The notes under the pieces: generated by a model
Told to the model about the DNA's origin: nothing
What the model saw: the letters and a program-made list of their open reading frames with translations, nothing else
Database searches by the model: none
DNA from: Laetmonice hystrix
Taxonomy: Eukaryota
Assembly (NCBI GenBank): GCA_965235115.1
Contig: OZ249436.1
Location: 22,074,001-22,134,000, forward strand
DNA length: 60,000 nt
Direction: 5' to 3'
Program-made: the position numbers and the translations under genes
Shown: positions 1-13,926 of the stretch, one piece after another
Numbering within the stretch: the first letter of the stretch is position 1
Layout of the letters: each line of letters starts with the position of its first letter

Positions 1-3000
1 ATATTCAGTGTATTATGTATTGATAATTGAGATTTGTTTATCTTTCACATATTTAAGCCTTTCTTTGCCACATTTTCCCGATTGAAGGAAATACCGCGTT
101 CAATAAATACCTCCTTGGAATATCAGAGCTTTTCGCGCCAACATTCCAACTTAAGGGATCCTGTACTCGGCCGGACGGACTGCGAACGATGGACAGCCCC
201 ACTCAGCTTACCGGCAGTTGTTTGAAATCTAAGTTGAGGGCCTGATGAGAGGTCGAGGCAGCCGAAGCGGTCAGCGCTCACGGAGAACATGAAAGCTATA
301 CTCGCCAACGTCTGAGCGATTGGTACTCCTCCACCAGCCGAGGTGTACAGTGTCACCGCTACGGCCCGCGGCACCGCTGCCGGTCCCCACATGATGACTG
401 GACACCAATGGTATTGTCTTAACGCGCCATCTAATTAACACTAATTAGAACAGGTGGGATGGCCAGGACTGCAGAATACCGGGAGTCAAATACGAGCCCC
501 CTGTGTGCTACCTACGACGGCTGTCAGGCAGGCGCCGGGCACAGGGGCCACCTTAAAGACAACATACCAAATTTCAAATAATATTTATACAGACTTTGTT
601 ATAATGGGGCGCCTTAATTAGAAAGGGCAGGTTGCAATTGTATCAATTTGTCCCGAGGGCCTTTCCCTTGGACTAATCAACAGTGGTCCTCTTTCAGGGA
701 GAGTACAAGCACCATGAGAGGAAGCGTCTACGAGCAGAGTATAGCGAGTGGCCGTGGAAACCTGAGAACATATGATTTATTTCAAAGAGACAACCCGATG
801 GAAGCGTCTTACAGATAGTATATAGTGTTGTTCATTGCTCATGCCGAGAAAGTAACTTTTGTAGAAACCACGGGAGGGTGTCCTTTTGAAAGGCGAACGC
901 GTAGATGTCGAACAGAAGCCACACAGGCGCTGACCAAGAGTGGAGAGCACTTCGCTCTATACTTGAACTGCAAGCTTTTCAAAGTATGTTTGAGTGCAAG
1001 CACCTCACTGCAGGGGAGCTTGGTGGATGTTGTTTGTTATGTTTGTCTAATTAACGGTCGGAGGATGAGGCCAATAATTGGCGAACGCTGCAAACTTTTG
1101 TTAAGCGAAGCGCCACCTCTCGGCAGACACGTGTGACGTTTTCATCGAATGAAAACCCGACACAAAGACCTTTTCATCTTGTTGTGAACTCCCAATTCTG
1201 ACACCCTCAGCCCAGTATGCTACTCCAAATACGAACAGCACTTACTGTGTGGGCCACTGGTATTTGAAGGGTATGCGATGTACAGAAAGCGGTGGTAGAA
1301 ACTGTTTGTTTGGAGTGTGTCAGGGTGGAGGGCGGGCAGGTCCCCCCTGAATCTACTGAAAGGTTCGGCACGTGCACAGGGCGTGCGAGGCGCACGTGGG
1401 CCGGGCTGGCGGTGACCTGACAGAGGACCTGACAGAGGGACGCCTACAGGACTGACATCTGCTGTGTCATTTAGTTACATTAGGATGCTATCTGAAGATT
1501 GAGCGAACACACGATCTTCTTCACCCCAGAAGTTAACATCACTATTGACCTTATCTCATATGTAAATCACAGATTTATCACTTGGCGATTACGTACTAAC
1601 AAGTATAATTAACGGAAACCACATGTGGTCGACAATAACATACATTTCGGAGAATGTAAAAGAAAACTAATAATAAAAATATGAATGTGTGCCTTAATGT
1701 AGAACGTTTTCTTACGTGGACATAATGAGTGTCGTCAAGGGGAGTGTCGTTTCTCCAAGTGCAGGATGTCGGCAATATGTTACACCAATCATACAGTTCA
1801 TCTCTTTTTTATATTTTTGACTAAAGTTCCATTTCTACATGTTTACCTCCCGATGCACCGACCTGTTCCTGTCCAATCATTGCGTCTACTAGGCATTGTA
1901 TTTTTGGCAGAATTCCTTCAACTCCTGCCTTTATCTATACCAGTATGTAGGCCTACACGTTTGTCATCAACCCCATGCGCCGGTAACTTTTTCTCAATAA
2001 TATAAGAGACCGCAAGTACAGCTCTGGGGGACGGCCAGACAGACATACCGACAGACAGGCTGACGGACAGACAGACAGGACGGCGGACAGACAGGCGTGT
2101 AGAGACAGACAGCCGTGAAGTGAAAAACTTGCCAATATTCAGCATCACTCGTGACTGCTTGGTACAATGTAAATGTGCCTCCGCCGGGCACTTGTCCCGT
2201 TTGTGCCGTATTTGAAATGTCCATCACGTATTGCAGGGCAATGAAATTGACCCGGCAATCTGGCTGCCTTGGAACAATTCGGTGTAATTTGGCCTACCGA
2301 GGATGAAGGCTGTGTTAATTCGTCGTCAGCGCGCACGAGGATGGCTTGGATCAGAGGTAATTCGCCGCCCTTGCACACATTTGTGTGCGTCCGCGGTAGT
2401 GTTGTTTTGCAATCAGCCACCATTGGTCCTGATTACGGCCTCGGCGGCAACCTCCGCCTCCCCCGACAACCCCGATGTACGGCCAATCAGACCCTGATGA
2501 AATACTTTCGGAGACCAACTTAATCTGAAGAAGATTAATTATTGCCTGGTGTATTCCTTTTATACTAGAGCAGAATCTCATTAACAGCGCTCCCATTCAC
2601 TTAGTTTGGAACCACAATGGCCGCCTGGAGGCGGAGGTGAATATTATTCCAATATTACCATCCCACCCCGACCTACACCTCCACCCTTGGTATTGTTGGT
2701 AAAGATTGCATTTGAATTAGTCAATTCGCCAGTTTTGTTATCGCGATTATCGGGTGATCTAATTGATTAAGCTTGTTAGGTTAACTGATTACAATTAATA
2801 TGGTGTCAGGATGCCACCTGCCCGCCGGGCCTGCGCCGGGTAAAACCAATTGCTGTCACAGCGATTGGATAATATTTTGACGCCGACTCACGCTGATTTG
2901 CAAACTTGAAGGATAATGAAAATCCAAGGCACTATTAGGATCTGAGATTGATTCTTGTGAGACCGTCTATGGCTTGTCTGATTGGTCCTTGTACGAGCGT

Positions 3001-3833
3001 CTTATTGTATTTGTTGGTGGCTGGTCCCGGTGGGACGCCTCACTAAAGTGGACGTCTCCAAAGTCAATTGGTAGGGAGCACCTCGTGCCAACAGCCTCGA
3101 TCTCGGCCTCTCTCGGCCGACCACGTGATCAATTTACGGTCTGCAGCCACTCAGCGCAATCTATGAACGAAGGGCACCGGGGCTTCAGGCGAGTCGAGGT
3201 GCTCGGCCGCCCTGGAAGGACGGCTTCGACCTTCTACAACTTTGTCGTACAATGTAGGCGGAGGAAAGTTTCCGAGTCAAAGTACATCATCCAAGTTAGT
3301 TTGAAAGTGTGTCGTTGAGAGCGTGCATAATAATTTCTTATTCCTTGATGGTCCATAATTCTGATACGGACAGTAACTTTGTATGCGGAGTTCGGTTTCT
3401 TGCTGATCCTTGCAGATTACACCAACCTGGAACATTTAATAGCCACAAGTCATATACAAGCATAGAATCCATTATTTGCAGGGATTTTTATAAGTTATCT
3501 GCAAATGGAAGTCGTGTTTATCGGGTACCCTAACTGAATGATGGATATACATGCTTTCATGTAATCCTAGGACACCTTGAAACATGTTCAGGCAAAAAAA
3601 GATTTCCTCAGTTTTCAACCCATTAGTACTTAAATCGCACGTCTGTCTCATATACATTATGCACAAACATTACGAAAGGCCTGTATTTCTCATTAAGTGC
3701 ATCGGTTACATATAAATGTAACGGTTCATATGACTCATATTTGTGAAAGAATCTGAGAAACGGGCAGGTATCCAATATGTACCGTTCGAAATATGTCGAT
3801 TACAAGTACGCGACGACTCCAAATCCCCAATAA

Positions 3834-4478
3834 GGGCAGGTTCTGAGGATTTCCCGTGGGTAATATCCGGGTTAGTGATAGGGAGATGTATGTGAACGCG
3901 ATTAGCCCGGGTTAACTTGACCCGGGTGAGCGCTGTGGCCGTGCTAACTTAGCTCAGCGGGAAAGAGGGATTAGCTGTCCCGGGTTAACTCCAAACCCGG
4001 GTTAACTGCAGTCTGAATGCAAATCATGCAGGGTTAAACCGATAGAGGTCATAATGACCTGTAACGATTCAACAAAAATAATATAAAATCCCTGCAGTAT
4101 CAAGACAGTTCCAAAAGAAAGTGTTATTACAATACTTTTCTGCATCATTTTGACTGGATGGCAAATGTTGCCATGCAAGGAAATATTTTCTGGTAAGCCA
4201 ACACTTTTTCTTTAGCATACAATGGCTCTCATATACGATCGAATCCTGCTATAGGGGTACAATTTAGAAAAACTTGAACTTTACTTGTGTTACCATTGGG
4301 CCTGAGGCCTCTATGAACTACTGCGCCACCTGGAGTCACTGCTGCTGGGTAACCCACTACGAGTGCTTACACTTTTTATCCTGGGTCAGTGTGGTTCAGT
4401 ATAAACCCCAATGAGCGGGCGATCTTATCGGTCCTTATCGGGTCAATTTGACCCGGGGCAGCAGTGTGAACCTGGCCC
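3834..4478. mobile_element. Possible MITE / non-autonomous DNA transposon remnant
   Basis: Imperfect terminal inverted repeats (GGGCAGGTTC...GAACCTGGCCC) and repeated CCCGGG/GTTAAC palindromes near both ends; no clean target-site duplication. Confidence 0.35.
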
Positions 4479-4536
4479 AAGAAGTAGAAGCAGGAGGAGA
4501 AGATGGAGAAAAAGAAGAAAACGGGGGGGAGAAGGT

Positions 4537-4623
4537 GAAGAAGAAGAAGAAGAAGAAGAAGAAGAAGAAGAAGAAGAAGAAGAAGAAGAAGAAGAAGAAG
4601 AAGAAGAAGAAGAAGAAGAAGAA
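4537..4623 (+). repeat. (GAA)n microsatellite, about 29 copies
   Basis: Direct reading. Confidence 0.97.
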
Positions 4624-7600
4624 TAGAAAGGAAGGCAAAAGCGCAAGAAGTCAATGCGATGAGACGAAAACCTAACTGCTCAGTTGAATAATGCAATAAT
4701 AACTTCTGAGATGTACTGCTCGATTACATGTCTGGTATAGTAACATGGCAACAGACTTCGTAAAAATTTTACTATAAGCACTCATTAAAATATTCTATTA
4801 TTCAGTTTATTTGTTTACAGGCGTGTATCCCCACAGATCTGATGTAATGATTGGATTACCCCTGCTGTAGTCCCACGTTCATGATCTTGATCACAAGACA
4901 ATACCCCTCTCCGAGTCGCCGCTACCCCCTCAAGGCATTCCAGTGCGTAACAATTTAATTATCGCTGTTTGCAATCGAATGGTGATGACACGACACAGCC
5001 AAATTATGTGCAGCTAAGCGTGCTAATTAAAATCCATATTTGGCTGATCTGTCCTCTGTATGTTCTCATTTGAGGTGGTGTTGAATAAACATGAGTGCAT
5101 AGCCTCTTAATTGGGTCAACGCAATTAAGGCGGATTTGGCCTGTGGGGCTGGCTGATCGGTCTTTCAAATGGCACGGGTGGAGTAATCAGGTTAGGCCTA
5201 CACTCATCGGTGGTGAGTTGATGAATATGGAACACTACAGCAAACAGGGGCACAGATCGGGGCACCTACAACGGCATGGAGTGATGGCTGGGCATAGATT
5301 GGTCTATCACTGTATGGACAGATGGATAGGCCTGAAATATGAATGGACAGATGAATATCTATAATGGTCTGAACAGATGGATAACCCTGAAACTTTATGG
5401 ATGAACTGACAGGTATAACGGCATAATGACTGCTGGATAGGCCTTTAACAATATAGGTAGGCCTATAAAGAAATAGGCGTTTACTGGTATGAAAAGATTG
5501 CTGATAAAGCAAAACGGCATGGAACACACGTGTAAAAAGGTCACAAGTTTTGTTCCTTGGACTAGGTGTTCAAAAAGAAACTCGACCCGTTTGTAATAAA
5601 TATTTAAGTATCCATTAGCTTAATTTCATTATTGAATTTGAAAAACTAACAATGAAATAGATAAATACTTTGTATAATTTTGTAATCCTAACGTATAAAA
5701 CAATAGGTCCTCCTATAGACGGCCAGGCTCCATGTGCAGAAAGGAGGTTCAACCTAAAAAGTTGAGAGTTAAAAGAGATTGATAGGCCCACATGAAAAGC
5801 TGTCTTATTTTATATGGATTCTGCATGGGGGTGGTTAAATCGATAATAACTATAACTGCCTCCGTAATCATGACTAAAACAAAGGGGGCAATAACAGAAG
5901 TTACCGGGAGAAGTCACCCACTTCAACATGCATCTGCCGTTAGACGATCCGAAAGCCCTTGCATTCATCCCGAGCCGACGTTTTTTTTCAATGGGTTCCT
6001 CCGTATGACGTTCGAACCGCAATATTGAACAATTGTTTAAAGCGCTTGTGCACAGTCGTTTTTCTGATGTAATACAATTCAGATCCTATTCCTAACAATG
6101 TTGGCGTTGGAATTTTAAAAATACATTGCACTATTTCTGAGATATTGCGAAAAATAGCACTGATATTCCATAGCAACAGGCCCCTAGTTACGGGTCGCTA
6201 TTAATCGGCTCCTGTCGGGAAACTTCGGCGCGTGACGACATACTCAGAACACCGCTCGGCACGCTTGCTGTCACGACCCACCAGATCCAGTATGCCGAGT
6301 CGGTGTGTGGCTATGTTTTGCAGCCATTCTAGCAGTAAACAATATTTGAATGGCCAAAGGACAAGGAAAGAACACACTGTGGCAGTGTGGACGAAGTGTG
6401 CTGTGTGCACGACATGATTTTACAGAGGATTGCTTTGACAACAGTAGGCTAACAACAGGCACTGGGCAGTGTACACCCAAGTCTACACGCTCTACACTAC
6501 CGTCTTAGGCGTCTACAGTACAGTCAAGCCAAGGTCAGTTTTACTAGACTGATTAGCCTAGATCAAAACTATACATTACTTAGGATCCTGTTTTTAGGAT
6601 GTCTAGGCCCTAGATCTTATTCTAGACTCTAGTCTAGATCGACTGCTGATTCTATCAGCTCCCCGGCAAGCGCTGAGCGGACAGGCTCACCGCAACAGGT
6701 TGTGGGCGGCGGACCGCATCCAGACAGTGCCCAGCACATCAGGAATCGCTCGCCGCTCGCCAGAGCCTAGCCCTAACGTGTTAGCCTTGGGGAATATCGA
6801 TTCTTTACTGTCCAATTTAGCAAACCATCTGCAAGATCTTGTAAATAGATCTATTTGTTTTCTGTTTATTAATAATAATATTATACTGCAAGACAATGTA
6901 ACACTCAGCTGGGGATCAAAGAAAACCAGCGGTGCCGATGAACCCCAGCTAGAGGCAGGGTAAATTTTTTTTAAATTAAAAAAAAGAGATGAGGCTCTAA
7001 AATAGCCTAAATTACCTAAGCTTGGGGGTTTGTCACGTTTGAGCTTTGCCTCTCCTGTACCCCCAACCAGATCCTCTGTTTAACCACTGTGCTGGCAATG
7101 CAAATTCTGGTACATTTTATTTCCAGGTTATGTTGGAGATTGTCTTCAAACAGTCCTGCCCCTCATTGACAAGCCTCTAAAACGTGGTTGTACACTGGCT
7201 GCTGCAACCTGACAAATGGACAGTCATCAGGGAGAAGAGATCACGTTTTGCCGAGCCCAGGGACTTTACTTCTCACATTCAGTGTAAATCAATTAAGCGG
7301 TTGACAAGTGTTTTATGTGAATTTGGCGTAGTCTAATCGAATTTTGGAAATCGGAATGTTCCAGTCAGGAAGCCAGGTGTTGTTTCAGTTCAAGACGTGC
7401 TATTGTTTCTGTTTGGACGAGGGTACTGAAATCCCGTGTGTGTGACACCGACAGTGTCTGTTGGAAATGCTTCCTAATTTAAGCTAGTAATAAGTGAAAC
7501 ATGATGGGTGGCCCCAACACCACCTGACAAACAGTCTGTAAGCCGTATAATGATACTTTCTGCAAAAAAGACGAAATATGGAAAAGGTTGTACATAAAAG

Positions 7601-10600
7601 TTCATAATAATTTAGGACTACAAAGGAAGGCATAATAAAAAAAAAAGAAGTAAAGTGTAGCCTATACATTGTCGCTATGGTCTCTTTTCTTTCACATTTC
7701 AGGTTTAAATAGTGTAAAAGAAATCCGTAAGTTGTTAACCTTCAAATACGGTACATTGAAACCAAATATTCTTGGAAAAAGGTATTTCTAACAATTTGGT
7801 TATCTTGTATAGACCGGACAGTGTACTATAGAAACTATTGCACTGATGACAGTTAAAAAGAGCTATATTATAATACTAGTATATTCCTATCAAACACTGC
7901 AAAACATAAACTCAACTCAAAAGGAACAACCAGTATAATAAAATTGATTTTTGTAATTCTTGTAAATGGCCTGTTGTAAAATGTTCTATGAAATATACCG
8001 TGTATGGTGCTATCAAAACTATTGTGCCATAAATAATGCCTGTCCTAGGGGCCCACATAACCAGGTTTTTAGGCCCAAAAAATGTCAAGAAAGTTGTCTA
8101 AAACCGAACATCACATTGTAAGAATTAGAAATTGAGCAGTGTTCATAAATAAATAAAATTCTGATGATACGGGCACGTGGCCTATAAAGTATAATTAATC
8201 AGCATGGACGTGGCATAGAGTTAGTTATAAATGTGCTAAAACTCCAGCAATTGTCGTAGAACCATCACATCAAGGCAAACTGGCCTAAATCCAGGATGGA
8301 GTGTAATACATGATGGTAGGGCTACACTTCCTTTCCCTAACTCATCTATTAACTTCGCTACAGTTTTGAGGATGCAGGGACTGATCCTAGTACGTGTTGG
8401 AGGGGGGGGGGGGTGTTATTTGTACTTGATGTTGTAAGTATTATCTGTGTCAATTTGTGTATGATGGGGTGAATCAGCAATGTGTATGTATAAATGAAAA
8501 ATGAAAAAATATTTTAAACAAATAAAAAGGAAAAAAAGGTTCTTAATATTTTTAAGACTCCTTTAAAGGGGGGGGCAGGGTCTCATATAGAGGACGGGGG
8601 GGGGAGGTAAATCTCCTGCATAACTCGGAGGGATAATCCCCTCCCCCCCCCCCCCCCCCAGCAACCTTTATTTTAAAAGCAGGCAAGCAACCGTGGCCAT
8701 GATATAAAATCTTACCCATCCTCCCTTACCGTACCGATGTTCAATATTTTCAAAAGTATACATTTTTGCTCAGAAAACACGTTTCTGCAATAGCTGGCAT
8801 TCCTGTAGCTTCCTTCGTAGCGTTGGTCAGACCCGAAGCGTACTGCCCTGGCCTGGGAAGGGGAGCTAAAGTACATTAGGATTAGCTACACTCTCTCAGT
8901 GACAGATCTCTGGTCAAGCCTCGGCCAGTCGCCGGACCAGCTGCAGCGCAGGTCAGTACTTTCAGCAGGCGTAGCAGCCAGGGATGAGGTTTTGTCTGCA
9001 CACGGTGACAGCATAGATAAAAGAAAAGTGTAGCCCCACACTCAGCCAGGCCTATCATTATTTATTATAGGGCATAATCAAAATTACCAGACAAATCTCT
9101 CTGCTTGTTCTCAGAGTCAGGCTCGTCCTCGCCCTCGGCTCAGCTTCAGCCCGGCTCAGGTCGGCCCACAACGGTCACGTTGCCAGGCTTGCGCCTCAAC
9201 TTCGCGCTAGCCTAGGCCTAGAGGCTAGACTAGAGTCTACTCTGACTCATATCAAACATAATACCGTTCGGGCCCTCTGCACTAGCCTTCGGAAAATAAC
9301 ATTCTTCTTTCCTAGAATCCCTCAAAACTAGAACCCCTCTCTTTCTCCCCTCCTCACTGAAGCGCGGCTGTCACTGGAGACAGTGTAGGCCTAGTCTGTA
9401 GCCCGTACCAGCGGGAGATGTTGACATGCCTACCGGGACCACCGCTCGGTAGGCTAGTTCAGTCTGTTCGCCAAGGCCCAGGCCAAGGCAAAGCCCAGCA
9501 CCGCACAGGGCCGTGCCCGGGGGAGGCCCCCCCCCTCTTTTTTACGGTTTTTAGGTCCTAACTAATACTTGGATCCGTCCACTGTAGGCAGTGTAGCCCC
9601 TCCCCCGCACCAATCGCTAGCCACATCCATGACACCATGGCCCTGCCATGCCTGCCGAGCCTCCCTCGTCATCACTCACTGTCACTGCCTCACTGTCTGA
9701 TACCAGCGGCCCATGCATATAAATTATATAGTATATGGGCCTACAACAGAATCTTCCACGGCATCCCCCTTATCTTTTTCTGGAAAAAGCCATTCTGTGT
9801 CAGAATCGGACTTCTTCAAGTTCTTGCTTCCCGTGCCTTCCACCATTGCTACGCCTACGTCCCCCTAGGAAGTGTTCTGACTATGACGTCACGGGTCATT
9901 CAGAGGCTACTTCCGGTAGCAATCGCAAGGTGTTGCAGCTAATATTCGTTTTTTCGTTAATTATGAGAATTACGTGCTGCTGATTACATCAATTACTAAA
10001 GAATATTATTATGATGATGGTTTACGTTGGAAAAGGTAAATAAACCAGCCTATACAGTGGAGAATTTGCACAAGCGCTTTAATTATAGAATGAGTGCTGA
10101 GCGCAGCGGCAAGCAAAAGGCGTAACGGGCTGCCACTTTCAATCAAGGGACAAACCGGAATGGATGATAACAGGCCAAGTGTATGAGAGTTACTCCCCTC
10201 TGGTCCGTCCCGGTATTCAGTCAGAAGTGGCCCTTACCGAGACCTGCACTACTGGCCTCGGGAAACAAGCCGGAAGTATTGTGCCCATTTTTTTCAGGCA
10301 CCCCTAAATCAATATCCAGAGAGAGAAAAAAAATTAAAGCTACAAATCACTACTCCTTGGTGCCCGGCTTTGTCAATGCTGGGTGGTCGATTGGTACCCT
10401 CGTCAGGGATCCGATTTGGCCCCAGGGATATAATGTCTAAATCATTACTGATGCCGATAACGACACAGAGCTTAATGCAAGGGGGCTGATAATGAGTCGG
10501 GCCTTTCAATTGGTGGCCTCGATGTGAAGTGGCCAATCGATGACCCTCGCTCTCCTCTCCAGCGTTGCCCTTCCGGTGCGCAGCGGACGACGAACGAAGG

Positions 10601-13510
10601 GCGTCAGTCCCAAACTATTCACCCATTCCAACCCGTTCCAACACGTTCTGCCCCTCTCTCTGTTCGAGTCGAACGCTGGAAATGTCTTCCGGCGGGCTCC
10701 AAAGTTAACACCAAGCCTCATTTGTCAGATACAATGTCAGGTCTGATTACGAGCAGAGGCTATGCGCTGGGATAATCCTTTTAGGCAGCGTTTCGGATCA
10801 GGCTGTTGATGGTTGGTCCCGTGTCAGTCAGCCTGATCGAGCAGGCGTCCAGTCACCGAAGGTACCCGCGAGATATGGTAACCTTCGACGTTCATGGCTA
10901 GCCTCTAACATCTGCCTACAGTTAGTTACAAGAACATTGATCACATATCTTTAAAGGGCCAGAAGCCGAGGGGGTACCAAAACAACACAATATTTAAGGG
11001 TTGGAGTCCAAAATGGGATTAGAGATGTCCAGTGAATAACTTATTAGTTTGGAATTTAAGGGGTGAGACCCCTCAACCAGGATACAGTTGGACCTCCATA
11101 TTGGAGAAACTAAGTGCGCTTAACCACTTCCCGTGAGTCTGTTATATATGGTGATGAGTCCATCAGGGTCTGTTAGAAAGGGGGTTCCGATTTATGAAGG
11201 TATATAGAGAATGTCGATACGCCATATGCTTTAAACTGATGAATCTACCAAGGAAACATTTCGCATTCTTGTAATATTACATCAATTGCAAGGTTTGTAA
11301 TTATGGAATATTTAACATCAGTACCCCTCATGGATTGTGGGATTTGGTTTCTTAATTTATAGGACAGTAATTCAAAAGTTTTCTTTGAAATACAGCAATG
11401 AATTATTTTACTATGGATGCGTTTGGGGTTGTCATTGGTATACAAGTGAAACGGTTAGAATACGTGTCCGTATCGGCTTTTTATGAACAATTTTATACTG
11501 GGTTTACCTTGTGATCTCCAAGTCGATAAAACTCCTATTCTATCCAACAAATGACTGCCACTGGGCAGTACCCGCTGGACCTTTTTGGTTATTCAATAAG
11601 GGACAAAGACACTGTGTTCCTTGGTGGGGACCAGTCTCAAATATTGCTTTCTTCCTTAGTCTTTTACAAAGTGTCAATAGTATACAGGCCTATACTAATA
11701 ATGGTCCATTCCGTAACCAACGTTTCTTTGAGGCCTGTCAACGAGATACTGTGCACTACGTCATCGGTATGACGTAACTGGGCGAGATTGTGTCGTGACA
11801 TCACGGAAGTGGTTCAGGAGGTAGCCACATGCGCGCGGCCCCGACTGCGCACTGGCGAGGTTTCCTGCCATCCTTGCGGGAGGTAGCGGTCGTCATTTCA
11901 GTGAATTCGTTTAATTAGTTGTTTTCACACTGCGCCGTTGCATGTGACGCAGGGAGAGCACGTTAGTGACGGTATTGTTTACCTATCGAGGACGTCGGTA
12001 ACGGCGGGGAGCGGAACGCGGGGCTTTTAACCCAGCCGGCCCTGGCAGGGTCCTGGAGCTGGTCACGTCAGGACGTGACGGCTTCCCGCCAGAGGGCGCT
12101 ACACCCTCACGGCCCGCACGCTGAATGACGCCGTTATCACGACACTGTTAATTTGGGGACCGTCCATAACCTGACGCCATTTTATCACTTAGAAATCGAC
12201 CGGACAATGTCAGGGCTTTGTCAAAATCTAGCCCCTGATAAAAAAAACACACAGGTAAGTATTAAAAAAATGAGTGTCAGGGTTTAATTGGAAACTTGTT
12301 TATTACCACTGCTCTGCCCCATTGAGTGAAACAATTGTGGACATAAGCCAGAGGCAGGGCAGCTGAGGGGCGGACAGTTTGACCAGAGGGAGGTTTGAGA
12401 CAACTGCTTCAGGATAAATCCCTGCTCACCATACTCTATATCATTATCGTCGCCCATCAAATGCTTCCATCATCATAGCCTCCTCATCGTTCATATTTCT
12501 TCTGAAGGATGCAAGCAAACACTTACAACACTGTAGTTCTAACTAGTTAGCCAGGGAAAAAGTAGGAAATTCTTTTATGTGATTTGTTATTAATCGCCGG
12601 CCAGGGTCAGAAACTAAGTCAACACAATTAATTATAATTAACTTGGGGTGGAGTCTCAAGTCATTTGAGACTCGCAAGCAACATTCAAGCTTAGATCTAT
12701 GTTAATAAACCTGAAGTCAAGCAACCTCGAGAGTCGAGAGTAAAATCCAAGTTCATTATATTCCACTTTGTGGACCGGACCCCACCGTTTATATATCGCT
12801 CAATAAAATCTACAAGTAGATTGAGCAGTTTGATGTCTCTCTCGCTTTTTACTTTCACGTGCCCCAATTATATCCTTAACAACTCGACTCCTTAACTAAT
12901 TATGGAGTAACCGCCGGCCTCTCGGACAATTACATAATGTTGGTTCCGCGCCTCTTTGATTACAGGTTGGCAAAATGGCTGGCGGAACCGAATCGAGCAG
13001 TCACAGAAGTTAACTTCTACTTATCTATCCTATAGTATAGGGCAGTGAATCTTGTAACTTCTCAGGAGCCAGTTGTACAAAGGCACGCGCCATATCGGAC
13101 GTGATGATCTCCGTATGTTCCTGGCTAGAATTCTATCATTGCCATAATCTATTCAATCATCGCAGCAATCAATGGACCGCAAACAATGTGTCTACATACC
13201 ATCAAAGGCGTTCATACAGGTCGGGTAGTTATCGGTCAGATCTGTTTGAGTCATTTTCTCCAATTGATACAACCGCAGCATACGATGGCTGGCGACACTT
13301 TGGACAAATTAAGAAACATCCGATTAATTTCATTGTGAAGTTTTGAATAGATGAAAGACTAAATTAAATGCTTCGTTCAGGAAATCTGCTGATTTCTTCC
13401 AATCGACACCTTACTAGACCGTGGACCTTTTCATTGGTATTTCTGCACTGAAACAATGGCATTTACTGATAATAACATTATCATAAGATGGGTTTTGTAT
13501 GAACCAACAA

Positions 13511-13926
13511 CATGCATGCATGCAGGGTCTATGTGAGTTTGTATATTACATGCGTGCATACAAGATCTATGTGAGTTTGTATATAACATGCGTGCATGCA
13601 AGATCTATGTGAGTTTGTATATAACATGCGTGCATGCAAGATCTCTGTGAGTTTGTATATAACATCCGTGCATACAAGATCTATGTGAGTTTATATATAA
13701 CATACGTGCATACAAGATCTATGTGAGTTTGTATATAGCATGCGTGCATACAAGATCTATGTGAGTTTGCATATAACATGCGTGCATACAAGATTTATGT
13801 GAGTTTGTATATAACATGCGTGCATGCAAGATCTATGTGAGTTTGTATATAACATGCGTGCATGCAAGATCTCAGTGAGTTTGTATATAACATCCGTGCA
13901 TACAAGATCTATGTGAGTTTGTATAT
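13511..13926. repeat. 38-bp minisatellite, about 11 copies
   Basis: Unit CATGCGTGCATACAAGATCTATGTGAGTTTGTATATAA. Confidence 0.93.

Noticed and set aside
4376..4696. Poly-L/E/K/F/S ORFs
   Set aside because: Translations of the (GAA)n microsatellite.
7126..7440. Exon-like segment after a TTTTATTTCCAG acceptor
   Set aside because: All three frames stop early and no protein family is recognisable.
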